Notes: a model not told the origin generated them from the letters alone. Counted from the first letter of the stretch, positions 18,699 to 27,553 are shown. The stretch: 32,000 nt of DNA from Nitrosococcus oceani ATCC 19707 (GCF_000012805.1 NC_007484.1:870001-902000), one strand, 5' to 3'. Numbers and translations are program-made.

Positions 18699-18902
18699 AT
18701 TTGATATCGTTTTGATTCTTCAATAAATCTTCTTATTCCCTTGAGAAAAGCCTATATGTGTTCATAGCGGCAAGGAAGTGGAAGCGATATTGGTCAAAAG
18801 CAAGATTAGCGTAGGCTAACATTCTAAAAAATAAAATTATAGTCTTTCCCTTTATGCCCTTGCCGGGCACATTAATTTTGGGCCTAAGAAGTAAACCCCA
18901 AT

Positions 18903-18924
18903 AGAGCCTTGAAAAAGGCTTTTT
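18903..18924 (+). terminator. Weak terminator/attenuator-like hairpin 25 nt upstream of bamA
   Basis: AGCCTT (18905-18910), loop GAAA, AAGGCT (18915-18920), then TTTT (18921-18924). The stem extends to 8 bp with one G-U if the flanking AG/TT are used. The stem is short and AU-containing, so function is doubtful. Confidence 0.25.
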
Positions 18925-18948
18925 AGTTATCAAAATAAATAATGGGGG

Positions 18949-21249
18949 ATGTCTTTGAAGTTTGTGAAAAAGCCAATAGCGGTTGCTATTGTGGCACTGA
19001 TTCTTATTGGCCAGGTGCTGGCGGCAGAATTTCAAGAATTTATAGTTAAGGATATACGGGTCGAGGGATTGCAACGGATCTCCGCGGGTACGGTGTTTAA
19101 TTATCTTCCGGTAAAAGTCGGCGATACGATTGATAGCCAGCGGGTTAAGGATACTATTCGTGGACTGTTCAGGACACGGTTTTTTAAGGACGTGCGGGTA
19201 GAGCGCGAGGGCAATGTTCTAGTTGTGGTGGTGGTAGAGAGGCCTACGATTACTAGCATCCAATTTGTGGGTAATAAAGAACTTAAAGGCGATCAGCTTT
19301 CGCAGGCTCTTAAACAAGTAGGGTTTGCGGAGGGGCGTGTTTTTGATCGAGCGCTGCTGGAGAAGGTAGAACTGGAACTGCAACGCCAATATTTTAGTCG
19401 TGGTAAATATGGCGTTAAAATTGATACGACAGTGACTCCTTTGGCCCGTAATCAGGTAGGTGTTACCGTAAATATTAAAGAGGGCGCTATTGCTAAGATT
19501 GGCGGTATCAATATCATAGGGAATCATGCTTTTAGTGAAGATGAGCTTTTGGGTGCATTTCAGTTAAGTACTTCGAACTGGCTATCGTTTTTTACTCATG
19601 ATGATCAGTATTCCCGGCAGAAATTGGCGGCGGATCTCGAAGCGTTACGCTCTTATTATTTAGATCGCGGCTATATCAACTTCAATATTGATTCTACTCA
19701 GGTTTCAATAACGCCTGATAAAAAAAGGGTATTTATTACTGTCAATGTCACTGAAGGTGATCGCTACCAAATTGGTGAAGTTAAGTTAGCCGGGGATTTA
19801 GTTCTTCCCCATGAGAAACTGTTTGATGCTTTAACTGTGGCTTCGGGAAAAGTTTTTTCACGCAAGGCCATAGCGGAAAGTACAACTCATATTACTGATT
19901 TGTTAGGAAATAAGGGATATGCGTTTGCCAATGTAAATGCTGTGCCAGAAATAAATGAAGAAGAAAAAAAGGTAAATTTAACCTTTTTTGTTGATCCAGG
20001 TAAGCGTGCTTATGTTCGGCGGGTCAATATTTCAGGGAATACCAAAACCCGGGATGAGGTGCTTCGCCGGGAGATACGTCAACAGGAGGGAGGATGGGTA
20101 GCCACCGAGTTGATCAATCGTTCCCGGTTGCGGATCCAACGCTTAGGCTATTTTGAAGATGTTAATGTGGAGACAGTGCCGGTTCCGGGAACTACGGATC
20201 AAGTTGATGTGAATTTTAGCGTAGTGGAACGCCCTTCTGGATCCCTGTCGGCAGGTTTAGGTTTTTCTCAATCCCAAGGTTTCATTTTTAATGCTAGTAT
20301 TACCCAGCGAAACTTTCTGGGGAGTGGTAAGCATGTAAGCTTTGCTTTTAATAATAGTCAGGTGAACACCATCTATAGTTTTGGATATACTAATCCCTAC
20401 TATACTATTGATGGTATTAGTCGCGGATTTAACCTTTTCTATCGTGAAACCAGTCCTTTTAGAGCCAATATTGCCCGTTTTAGTACCGATGCGTATGGCG
20501 GCGATATGCATTTCGGTATTCCGGTCACTGAAAATGATAGGGTGCGCCTTGGTTTTGGTTACCAGCATACGAAGGTTAATCTAACTGAAAATTCTCCCCA
20601 GGAATACCATAAGTTTGTAGATAGTGAAGGAAATAAGTTTGATACTTTTAATACGAATTTAGGCTGGTCTCGTGATAGCCGGAATAATGCTCTCTTAACG
20701 ACTGATGGCAGTATTCAAAGCCTCTTCGGTGAGATTACCCTGCCGCTAGGTAGTTTGCAATTTTTTAAGTTTGGTTATCGTCACCGTTGGTTTCATCCTT
20801 TATCTAAATCTCTTACTTTGATGCTAAATGGCGATGTAGCCTATGGCAATGCCTATGGAAATACCGAAGAGTTCCCTTTCTTTGAGAACTTTTTCGCTGG
20901 TGGTATACATAGTGTGCGCGGCTTCAAGGCTAATACGCTTGGTCCAAAGGCATCAGATGGTACTACCCTTGGCGGCAATTTTAAGATGACAGGGACTATT
21001 GAGGTATTCTTTCCTGTTCCCTTTGCGGAAGAATTAAAGTCCGTGCGTTTGGGTACTTTTATTGATGCAGGGAATGTCTACGGTATAGATCAAGATATTA
21101 GCCTGCAAGGCCTGCGGTACTCAGCTGGAATTTCAGCCAATTGGCTATCGCCATTTGGTAGCCTGCAATTTAGTTTTGCGAAAGCCTTTAATGTTCAGCC
21201 AAATGACCGGCCTGAAGTATTCCAGTTCTCCCTGGGAACTTCATTTTAG
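18949..21249 (+). CDS. bamA: Outer membrane protein assembly factor BamA
   Basis: 766 aa with a signal peptide (...IGQVLAAEF), five POTRA-like repeats ([14 protein letters not shown]..., [17 protein letters not shown]...) and a C-terminal beta-barrel ending in the aromatic residue ...[18 protein letters not shown]. The position after rseP is conserved. Confidence 0.96.
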   Translation: MSLKFVKKPIAVAIVALILIGQVLAAEFQEFIVKDIRVEGLQRISAGTVFNYLPVKVGDTIDSQRVKDTIRGLFRTRFFKDVRVEREGNVLVVVVVERPTITSIQFVGNKELKGDQLSQALKQVGFAEGRVFDRALLEKVELELQRQYFSRGKYGVKIDTTVTPLARNQVGVTVNIKEGAIAKIGGINIIGNHAFSEDELLGAFQLSTSNWLSFFTHDDQYSRQKLAADLEALRSYYLDRGYINFNIDSTQVSITPDKKRVFITVNVTEGDRYQIGEVKLAGDLVLPHEKLFDALTVASGKVFSRKAIAESTTHITDLLGNKGYAFANVNAVPEINEEEKKVNLTFFVDPGKRAYVRRVNISGNTKTRDEVLRREIRQQEGGWVATELINRSRLRIQRLGYFEDVNVETVPVPGTTDQVDVNFSVVERPSGSLSAGLGFSQSQGFIFNASITQRNFLGSGKHVSFAFNNSQVNTIYSFGYTNPYYTIDGISRGFNLFYRETSPFRANIARFSTDAYGGDMHFGIPVTENDRVRLGFGYQHTKVNLTENSPQEYHKFVDSEGNKFDTFNTNLGWSRDSRNNALLTTDGSIQSLFGEITLPLGSLQFFKFGYRHRWFHPLSKSLTLMLNGDVAYGNAYGNTEEFPFFENFFAGGIHSVRGFKANTLGPKASDGTTLGGNFKMTGTIEVFFPVPFAEELKSVRLGTFIDAGNVYGIDQDISLQGLRYSAGISANWLSPFGSLQFSFAKAFNVQPNDRPEVFQFSLGTSF

Positions 21250-21354
21250 AGTTCCTTTGGTGCGCATTAATATATGATGTTCATTTTAGAGTCATTCGGT
21301 AAGCCAATATTTTTCTGGCATAGACAGTCATATGGAATGTTTAGAGGTAGCCTC

Positions 21355-21891
21355 ATGGTAAGGATGGATAAATTGTTTAAATTGATCGTATTCGTAGCCT
21401 TTTTACTGCTAGGCTCCATGATAGTTATTGCCCCAGCGGGAGCTGTTGATTTAAAGATCGGTGCAGTAAACGCGGTCAAGCTGTTGGATGAAGCGCCACA
21501 AAAAGAAGCGGCGCTGGAAATATTAAAAAAAGAGTTTGAAGTACGCAACAGAGAATTAGTGGCAAAACAAAAAAAGCTGCGCGGCTTAGAGGATAGGTTT
21601 AATCGTGATGCGGCCATTATGAGTGAGGCCGATCGTAAAGCCCTAGAGCGGGATATCTTAAATCAAAACCGCGACCTCAAGCGTGATCAAGAAGTATTTC
21701 GAGAAGACTATAATATTCGTCGTAATGAAGAGTTTCGAAAGTTACAGGAAGAGATCGCTAAGGCAATTGTGGACTTAGCCGAGAAAAAAAAATACGATCT
21801 TGTTGTTTACGAGGGGGTTATTTACGCTAGCGATAAAGTTGATATTACGGCCGATGTGCTCAAGCTATTGAAGTCTCAATATAGACCTTAA
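21355..21891 (+). CDS. skp: Periplasmic chaperone Skp (OmpH family)
   Basis: I prefer the ATG at 21355 (GAGG 7 nt upstream) over 21274 or 21364. Signal peptide MVRMDKLFKLIVFVAFLLLGSMIVIAPAGA, then a Lys/Glu/Arg-rich coiled-coil typical of Skp. It lies immediately after bamA. Confidence 0.85.
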   Translation: MVRMDKLFKLIVFVAFLLLGSMIVIAPAGAVDLKIGAVNAVKLLDEAPQKEAALEILKKEFEVRNRELVAKQKKLRGLEDRFNRDAAIMSEADRKALERDILNQNRDLKRDQEVFREDYNIRRNEEFRKLQEEIAKAIVDLAEKKKYDLVVYEGVIYASDKVDITADVLKLLKSQYRP

Positions 21892-22108
21892 TTGGCTGTC
21901 TAGCTATCTCGCAGTTAGGCGATTGGCACTTGAGGCTGAAGCCTGCATATACTCCTGTAAAGGAGGATGCTATGTTAGAAGTAAGGAATTCAGTATAGTA
22001 CTAAAAAGCAAAGGCATCCTAATTAATTAAGATGGTGAGGTATCTTATCTTACCAAAACCCATTAGAAGTATGTCTAAAATCTTATTCTTAAAGTCAAGG
22101 TTTTTTCA

Positions 22109-22558
22109 TTGGATACACTGGATATACACGAGATACTTAAGCATCTTCCTCATCGCTACCCCTTTCTCCTGATTGACAGAGTCATAGAATGTATACCGGG
22201 GAAGTCACTTGTGGCCATCAAGAACGTAAGCTACAACGAGCCTTACTTTCAGGGCCATTTCCCAGGGTTGCCTATCATGCCGGGGGTGTTGATTCTTGAG
22301 TCTTTAGCTCAGGCTACTGGAATATTAGCTTTTAAGACGACAGAAACTATGCCTTCAGAAGAGGCAATTTATTATTTTGCGGGCATTGATAGGGCACGGT
22401 TTAAGCGTCCCGTCGGACCCGGCGATCAAATGCGTCTAGAAGTTGAACTTGTACGTAGCTTGCGCCGCTTGTGGAAATTTACTGGGAGGGTGACGGTGGA
22501 TGGAAGCCTCGTTGCTTCGGCTGAAGTAATGTGCTCCTATCAGGAAACTTATAAGTGA
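22109..22558 (+). CDS. fabZ: 3-hydroxyacyl-[ACP] dehydratase FabZ
   Basis: TTG start. Motifs [13 protein letters not shown] and [23 protein letters not shown] are the FabZ hotdog signature. Confidence 0.94.
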
Positions 22559-23325
22559 TTGATCATAGGGCTGTTATTGATTCCAGTGCTGAGATTCACG
22601 AAACTGCTATTGTAGGACCTTATTCAATTATTGGAGCAAATGTGCAGATTGAAGCGGAAACCTGGATTGGCCCACATGTCGTTGTTCAAGGACCCACCCG
22701 TATCGGAAAAAAAAATAAAATATACCAGTTTGCTTCTATTGGAGATATCCCTCAGGATAAAAAATATGGTGGGGAAGACACCCTTCTTGAAATCGGGAAT
22801 GAGAATGTCATAAGGGAGTATACTACCATTAATCGAGGCACCGTTCAGGGAGGAGGTGTTACACGTATGGGCCATCACAACTGGATAATGGCCTATGTTC
22901 ATATTGCCCATGATTGTATTGTAGGTCACCATACGACTTTTGCTAATAATGCATCTTTGGCAGGGCATGCGACTATTGGCGATTATGCGACGCTCGGGGG
23001 ATATGCCTTGGTTGCTCAGTTCTGTAGTGTAGGTACTTATGGTTTCTGTTCCGTCGCTAGTGTTATCCATAAAGATGTCCCTCCCTACGTGTTAGTAGCG
23101 GGACATATGGCAAAGCCTGTGGGAATTAACCATGTAGGCCTAAGGCGCGCTAATTTTAGTGAAGAAGTCATACGTAAATTGCGTAATGCTTATAAGTTAC
23201 TTTACCGTCAAGGCCTACGCTTTGAAGATTCCGTCAAAGAGCTGAAACGGCTAGCGGAGAAAAGCTCTGAGGTCCAAATTTTTTTGGATTTCCTTGAAAA
23301 TTCCAGTCGGGGCATCATTCGATAG
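22555..23325 (+). CDS. lpxA: Acyl-[ACP]--UDP-N-acetylglucosamine O-acyltransferase
   Basis: The GTG start overlaps the fabZ stop (GTGA). N-terminus [27 protein letters not shown], left-handed beta-helix hexapeptide repeats and a helical C-terminal domain ([13 protein letters not shown]...). Confidence 0.94.
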
Positions 23326-23354
23326 TCAAGTGTCTAAACACTTTGGATTTTAAA

Positions 23355-23993
23355 ATGGCATTAGATATTTACGCATCAGATCAGGAAAAAAGTGAAGCTA
23401 TCAGACAATGGTGGCGGGAAAATGGTCGAGCCGTCCTTGTAGGGCTTATTATCGGGCTTTTAGCTCTCTTAGGTCTACGGAGTTGGACAAACTACGAGCA
23501 AAGCCGTACCAGCGAGGCATCGTCACTCTATCAGCAGATATTGGCGGCCAAGGATCAGGACGCTAATGCCGAAATTTACAATAGCGCGGAGCACCTTCTT
23601 CAAGAGTACAGCGATACTCCCTATGGGTTGTTCAGTGTATTGATACTGGCTAAGGAAGATCAAGCCCGTGGCGATCTTGAGACTGCCACCGAACGCCTTA
23701 AGGGGGCGCTAGAGTATGCGCGACACCCTAGTCTTCAAAAAGTAATATACTTACGTCTTGCGCGTTTGTTGCTAGCAATGGGCAGCCCTCAAGAAGTGCT
23801 AACGATGTTAGCTGAGGTTAAGCCGGGCAGTTTTTCCTCTGCTTATGCTGAATTGCGCGGCGATGCTTATGTAGCGCTGGGCCAACCATCAGAAGCACAA
23901 CTAGCCTATCAAGAGGCGTTACTGGGTTTGGGGCCAAGTGAGCAGTACCGGCAGATACTACAAATGAAGCTTGACAATCTTGCTCAACCTTAA
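23355..23993 (+). CDS. yfgM: YfgM-family ancillary SecYEG translocon subunit (TPR-like, single N-terminal TM helix)
   Basis: MALDIYASDQEKSEAIRQWWRENGRAVLVGLIIGLLALLGLRSW closely parallels the E. coli YfgM N-terminus as I recall it. It lies directly upstream of bamB-der, as in the canonical yfgM-bamB-der cluster. The TTG at 23343 is an alternative start. Confidence 0.85.
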   Translation: MALDIYASDQEKSEAIRQWWRENGRAVLVGLIIGLLALLGLRSWTNYEQSRTSEASSLYQQILAAKDQDANAEIYNSAEHLLQEYSDTPYGLFSVLILAKEDQARGDLETATERLKGALEYARHPSLQKVIYLRLARLLLAMGSPQEVLTMLAEVKPGSFSSAYAELRGDAYVALGQPSEAQLAYQEALLGLGPSEQYRQILQMKLDNLAQP

Positions 23994-24012
23994 CGGGAAG
24001 TAGTATCGTTCC

Positions 24013-25212
24013 GTGTTTAGGTTTGGCTTGGATAAAATTGTGGGAAAGCGCCGCTTGGATCGAGCGGTTTTTTTTAACCTTCTTTTTTTTTTATTGACAG
24101 GGTGCGAGCTTCTTCAGGAGTATCTTCCTGAGCCTGATACCAGCGAGCCTCCTATGGCATTGGTGGAGTTTGTTCCTGAGGTTGGGGTTGAAGTGTTATG
24201 GTCTGCCAAAGTGGGGAAAGGCACAAGAGATCGTTATCTTCGGCTTCCTCTTTCCATCATTGGTGACAAAGTAGTCGCTGCGGATTATGGAGGTCAGGTT
24301 AGCGCCTTTGATGCTCAGACCGGAGAGAAGGCTTGGGAAATTAAGCTTGATTTACCTATTACCGGTGGGCCGGGTGGAAGTGATGATCTCGTGGTCCTGG
24401 GAACAGAGGAAGCGGAGGTCATCGCCTTGGATGCTGCTGATGGCTCGCCGGTTTGGCGAACCAGTGTGTCTAGCGAAATACTATCGGCCCCTAGTGTGGC
24501 TGACGGTGTTGTGGTGATCCGTTCTGGAGATGACCAGGTTTATGGGTTGGATGCAAGGGATGGTTCCCGATTATGGGCCTACCAGCATAATGTTCCTATT
24601 TTAACGTTGCGTGGAGTCGCCGCTCCGATAGTTGTTGACCGCAAAGCTATTATAGGGCTGGCAGGCGGTAAATTGGTGGCGTTATCTTTGGAGGATGGTC
24701 AGCTGTTGTGGGAGCGGGCTATTGTTGTTCCCCGAGGCCGGACTGAGCTCGATCGGCTAGCGGATATTGATTCTAAGCCAGCGGTGTATGGGGGATATCT
24801 CTATACGGTCACCTATAATGGCCGAATTGCCGCCCTGTGGTTGGCGGATGGTGATATTCTCTGGACTCGGGAAATGTCTTCTTATGCAGGTATTGGCACG
24901 GATGGAGAATCCCTTTACGTCACTGATATGGAAGGGAGTATATGGGCGTTGGAAAGTCGTACTGGTGCCTCTCTTTGGCGCCAATCTAAATTGCTTAGGA
25001 GGCAGCCGACAGCTCCAACTTCTTATCAAAACTATGTTGTGGTAGGCGATTCAGCGGGGTATGTTCACTGGATGGCTAAAGAGGATGGCCATTTCGTTGC
25101 TCGTATTGAAGTAGATAAGAAAGGGATTGTCAATGCTCCCTTGGTACTGGATGACATTTTGTATGTTAATAGCCAGGGAGGGATTTTGAAAGCGATTAAG
25201 ATCGCTGGTTAA
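24013..25212 (+). CDS. bamB: Outer membrane protein assembly factor BamB (PQQ-like beta-propeller lipoprotein)
   Basis: GTG start. Lipoprotein signal ...AVFFNLLFFLLTG|C. Repeated WxxxxG/DG..YA propeller blades (GEKAWE, GSPVWR, GSRLWAY, GQLLWE, GDILWT, GASLWR). Sits between yfgM and der. Confidence 0.92.
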   Translation: MFRFGLDKIVGKRRLDRAVFFNLLFFLLTGCELLQEYLPEPDTSEPPMALVEFVPEVGVEVLWSAKVGKGTRDRYLRLPLSIIGDKVVAADYGGQVSAFDAQTGEKAWEIKLDLPITGGPGGSDDLVVLGTEEAEVIALDAADGSPVWRTSVSSEILSAPSVADGVVVIRSGDDQVYGLDARDGSRLWAYQHNVPILTLRGVAAPIVVDRKAIIGLAGGKLVALSLEDGQLLWERAIVVPRGRTELDRLADIDSKPAVYGGYLYTVTYNGRIAALWLADGDILWTREMSSYAGIGTDGESLYVTDMEGSIWALESRTGASLWRQSKLLRRQPTAPTSYQNYVVVGDSAGYVHWMAKEDGHFVARIEVDKKGIVNAPLVLDDILYVNSQGGILKAIKIAG

Positions 25213-25376
25213 TAGGGTTTTCTTTTTTCTGCTCTTGGTGGCGCTGTTTTATTTGGAGTTTTTCTGACTTTTCCCAGGCCGGTTTGGATGTATTTAGATA
25301 TGTCTGAATCATTTGCAATATGTATGGTATCAACGCATATACTTACGCTTTTCCCCACTCCCTTTGAGTCGTTAGC

Positions 25377-26771
25377 ATGAATGCTCTTGTTGCTTTGGTT
25401 GGACGTCCAAACGTCGGTAAATCAACGCTTTTTAATCGCCTTACTCGGAGCCGTGACGCCCTTGTTGTTGATCAACCAGGGGTAACCCGTGACAGGAAAT
25501 ATGGTCTTGCCCATTATGGTGAGCAATCATTTTTTGTCGTTGATACGGGCGGCGTAATGGAGCAAGAATCTGGGATTGGAAGGCTCATGCGAGCGCAGGC
25601 GCAACTTGCGATAGAAGAAGCAGATGTTATTTTTTTCCTTGTTGATGGCCGGGAGGGGCTGTCTAGCTTGGATGAGGAGATTGCTGCATGGCTGCGTTGC
25701 GCTCAGAAACCGCTCAAATTGGTCATCAATAAAGCGGAAGGGCGGGATGGAGATCTGGTTGCTTCTGAGTTTTATCGCTTAGGACTGGGGGAACCAATTA
25801 TTATTTCAGCCCAGCAAGGACAGGGTGTAGGAAGGTTACTGGAAGCGTTGCTAACTCTTTTACCCGTGCTGGAAAGGGAAGAATCTGAAATTCAGGCTAA
25901 AGGGCTTCAATTTGCCGTTATTGGCCGCCCCAATGTAGGAAAATCGACTCTCGTCAATCGTATCCTAGGAGAGGAGCGAGTCCTTTCATCGGAAATTCCT
26001 GGGACCACAAGGGATAGTATTTCCATCCCCTTTCGCCATCATGGCAAAGATTATACGTTAGTGGATACGGCCGGAATACGCCGTCGCTCAAGGATCTTGG
26101 ATAAGGTGGAGAAATTTAGTGTTATTCAATCTCTCCAATCAATAGCAATAGCCCAAGTTGTGATCTTGGTAATTGATGCCCATGATAGCGTAGTGGAGCA
26201 AGATTTACATTTGGCGGGTGTGATACTGGAGAGCGGGAAGGGAGTAGTCATCGCAGTGAATAAATGGGATGGTTTACCCTTAGAGCAGCGACAAAGAGTA
26301 AAAACAGATTTGGATAGGCGTCTACCATTTCTTGTTTTCGCTAGGATACACTTTATTTCTGCTCTTCATGGCAGTGGTGTAGGAGATCTCTTCCCTTCCA
26401 TTGATGAAGCCTATCAGTCAGCTAACTCTCATCTTCCTACGGGTGAACTTAACCGAGCATTATTGGCTGCTGTTGAAAAGTACCCGCCGCCAGTGGTGAA
26501 AGGGCGGCGGATTAAGCTTCGCTATGCCCATCAAGGAGGGCAGAATCCCCCTAAAATCATTATCCATGGCAATCAAGCAGAGGCAGTGTCAGCAAATTAT
26601 CGGCGCTATCTAATCAACTACTTCCGTAATGCTTTCGGATTGATGGGAACACCGATAGCCTTGGAATTTAGAACGGTAAAAAATCCTTTTAAGGGACGAG
26701 CCAATATTTTAACTCAACGCCAACAACAAAAACGTAAGCGATTAGTCCGTTTTCGTAAAGGGCGCGACTAA
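25377..26771 (+). CDS. der: Ribosome-associated GTPase Der (EngA)
   Basis: Two tandem G domains (GRPNVGKSTLFNRL...DTGG and GRPNVGKSTLVNRI...DTAG...NKWD) and a C-terminal KH-like domain with a basic tail. Confidence 0.96.
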   Translation: MNALVALVGRPNVGKSTLFNRLTRSRDALVVDQPGVTRDRKYGLAHYGEQSFFVVDTGGVMEQESGIGRLMRAQAQLAIEEADVIFFLVDGREGLSSLDEEIAAWLRCAQKPLKLVINKAEGRDGDLVASEFYRLGLGEPIIISAQQGQGVGRLLEALLTLLPVLEREESEIQAKGLQFAVIGRPNVGKSTLVNRILGEERVLSSEIPGTTRDSISIPFRHHGKDYTLVDTAGIRRRSRILDKVEKFSVIQSLQSIAIAQVVILVIDAHDSVVEQDLHLAGVILESGKGVVIAVNKWDGLPLEQRQRVKTDLDRRLPFLVFARIHFISALHGSGVGDLFPSIDEAYQSANSHLPTGELNRALLAAVEKYPPPVVKGRRIKLRYAHQGGQNPPKIIIHGNQAEAVSANYRRYLINYFRNAFGLMGTPIALEFRTVKNPFKGRANILTQRQQQKRKRLVRFRKGRD

Positions 26772-26806
26772 GATTGGAACTGAGCAAATAAGGATGGGTA
26801 AATGTG

Positions 26807-27553
26807 ATGAGAAAAGGTATAAGCCATAAACCATTGTGGCTTGCTTTAGCCATTAGCATGGGCATGATAGGCTGTGCTGCCGATGGCCGATATAGCCAGA
26901 CGCAGAAAGGGTCTGCGGTGGGAACAGTGGGGGGGGCGGCAGCCGGCGCTGCTATTGGCGCAGCTATTGATGGAGGTAGTGGAGCGGGTTGGGGGGCCTT
27001 GGCAGGCGCGGTGGCTGGTGGATTAACGGGGTCGGCCGTGGGCTATATGAATGATCAACAACGGGAAATGGAAGCCGCGTTAGCTGAAGAGAGGCGTGGC
27101 CATCAGTTAGAGATTCAACGGCTGCAGGATGAGAGCTTAAAGCTCGATATTCCTAGTGAGATTTCCTTTGATCACGATAGCGACGTTTTAAAACCGGCTT
27201 TCCTTCCTACCCTGGATAAAATCGCCGAGGTTTTGAAAAAATATAATAAAACGGTTGTCCATGTGATTGGTCATACGGACAGTACGGGATCGGAGAAATA
27301 CAATTTAGATTTGTCGTTGCGGCGAGCTGGAAATGTAGCTGTATATTTCGAGAGAAAGGGAGTTCCTTCGCAACGTTTGAGTATTTATGGACGAGGGGAG
27401 AGCGAACCTCGCGCAAGCAATGCTACTGCGGCGGGCCGGCAACTCAACCGGCGAGTTGAGATTATTTTGAAGCCTATTTTGGAGGGGGAAGAGCATAAAG
27501 CCTTTGAGGCACCCGTAACTTCTCGCAGCCCCTATGGAGAAGAATTTCCGTAG
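26807..27553 (+). CDS. OmpA-family lipoprotein with an N-terminal glycine-zipper region and a C-terminal peptidoglycan-binding OmpA-like domain
   Basis: Signal and lipobox LAISMGMIG|C. Glycine zipper GTVGGAAAGAAIGAAIDGGSGAGWGALAGAVAGGLTGSAVG. OmpA_C motif VIGHTDSTGSEKYNLDLSLRRA...NRRVEI. The GTG at 26804 is the alternative start. Confidence 0.85.
   Translation: MRKGISHKPLWLALAISMGMIGCAADGRYSQTQKGSAVGTVGGAAAGAAIGAAIDGGSGAGWGALAGAVAGGLTGSAVGYMNDQQREMEAALAEERRGHQLEIQRLQDESLKLDIPSEISFDHDSDVLKPAFLPTLDKIAEVLKKYNKTVVHVIGHTDSTGSEKYNLDLSLRRAGNVAVYFERKGVPSQRLSIYGRGESEPRASNATAAGRQLNRRVEIILKPILEGEEHKAFEAPVTSRSPYGEEFP

Noticed and set aside
18774-18798. Sigma-E-like promoter motif GGAAGTG ... TCAAA upstream of bamA
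   Set aside because: The spacer between the two elements is 13 nt by my count. That is shorter than the roughly 16 nt I recall for E. coli sigma-E promoters, and the -35 match is imperfect.
18733-19074. 113-aa minus-strand ORF spanning the rseP-bamA spacer and the bamA start
   Set aside because: It overlaps the bamA signal-peptide region antisense. Its composition is AT-rich-derived (Lys/Phe/Leu/Asn-rich), with no RBS and no motifs.
21888-21998. Possible lpxD 5' remnant: the open frame reading ...LAISQLGDWHLRLKP... just after skp
   Set aside because: The resemblance to the LpxD N-terminal L-x-E-L-A-x-x-L-G-A-E-L pattern is a few residues only. There is no start codon, and the frame stops after 37 codons. 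I cannot distinguish this from chance without an alignment.
22624-23070. 148-aa ORF antisense to lpxA
   Set aside because: It lies entirely within lpxA on the opposite strand. Hexapeptide-repeat genes commonly produce long spurious antisense ORFs. The translation has no recognisable motifs or RBS.
25213-25376. 164-nt pyrimidine/T-rich bamB-der spacer, examined for a terminator, sRNA or riboswitch
   Set aside because: I found only a 5-bp ATATG/CATAT stem with a large loop and no GC-rich hairpin plus U-tract. Nothing is distinctive enough to call. It is probably an ordinary promoter and UTR region for der.
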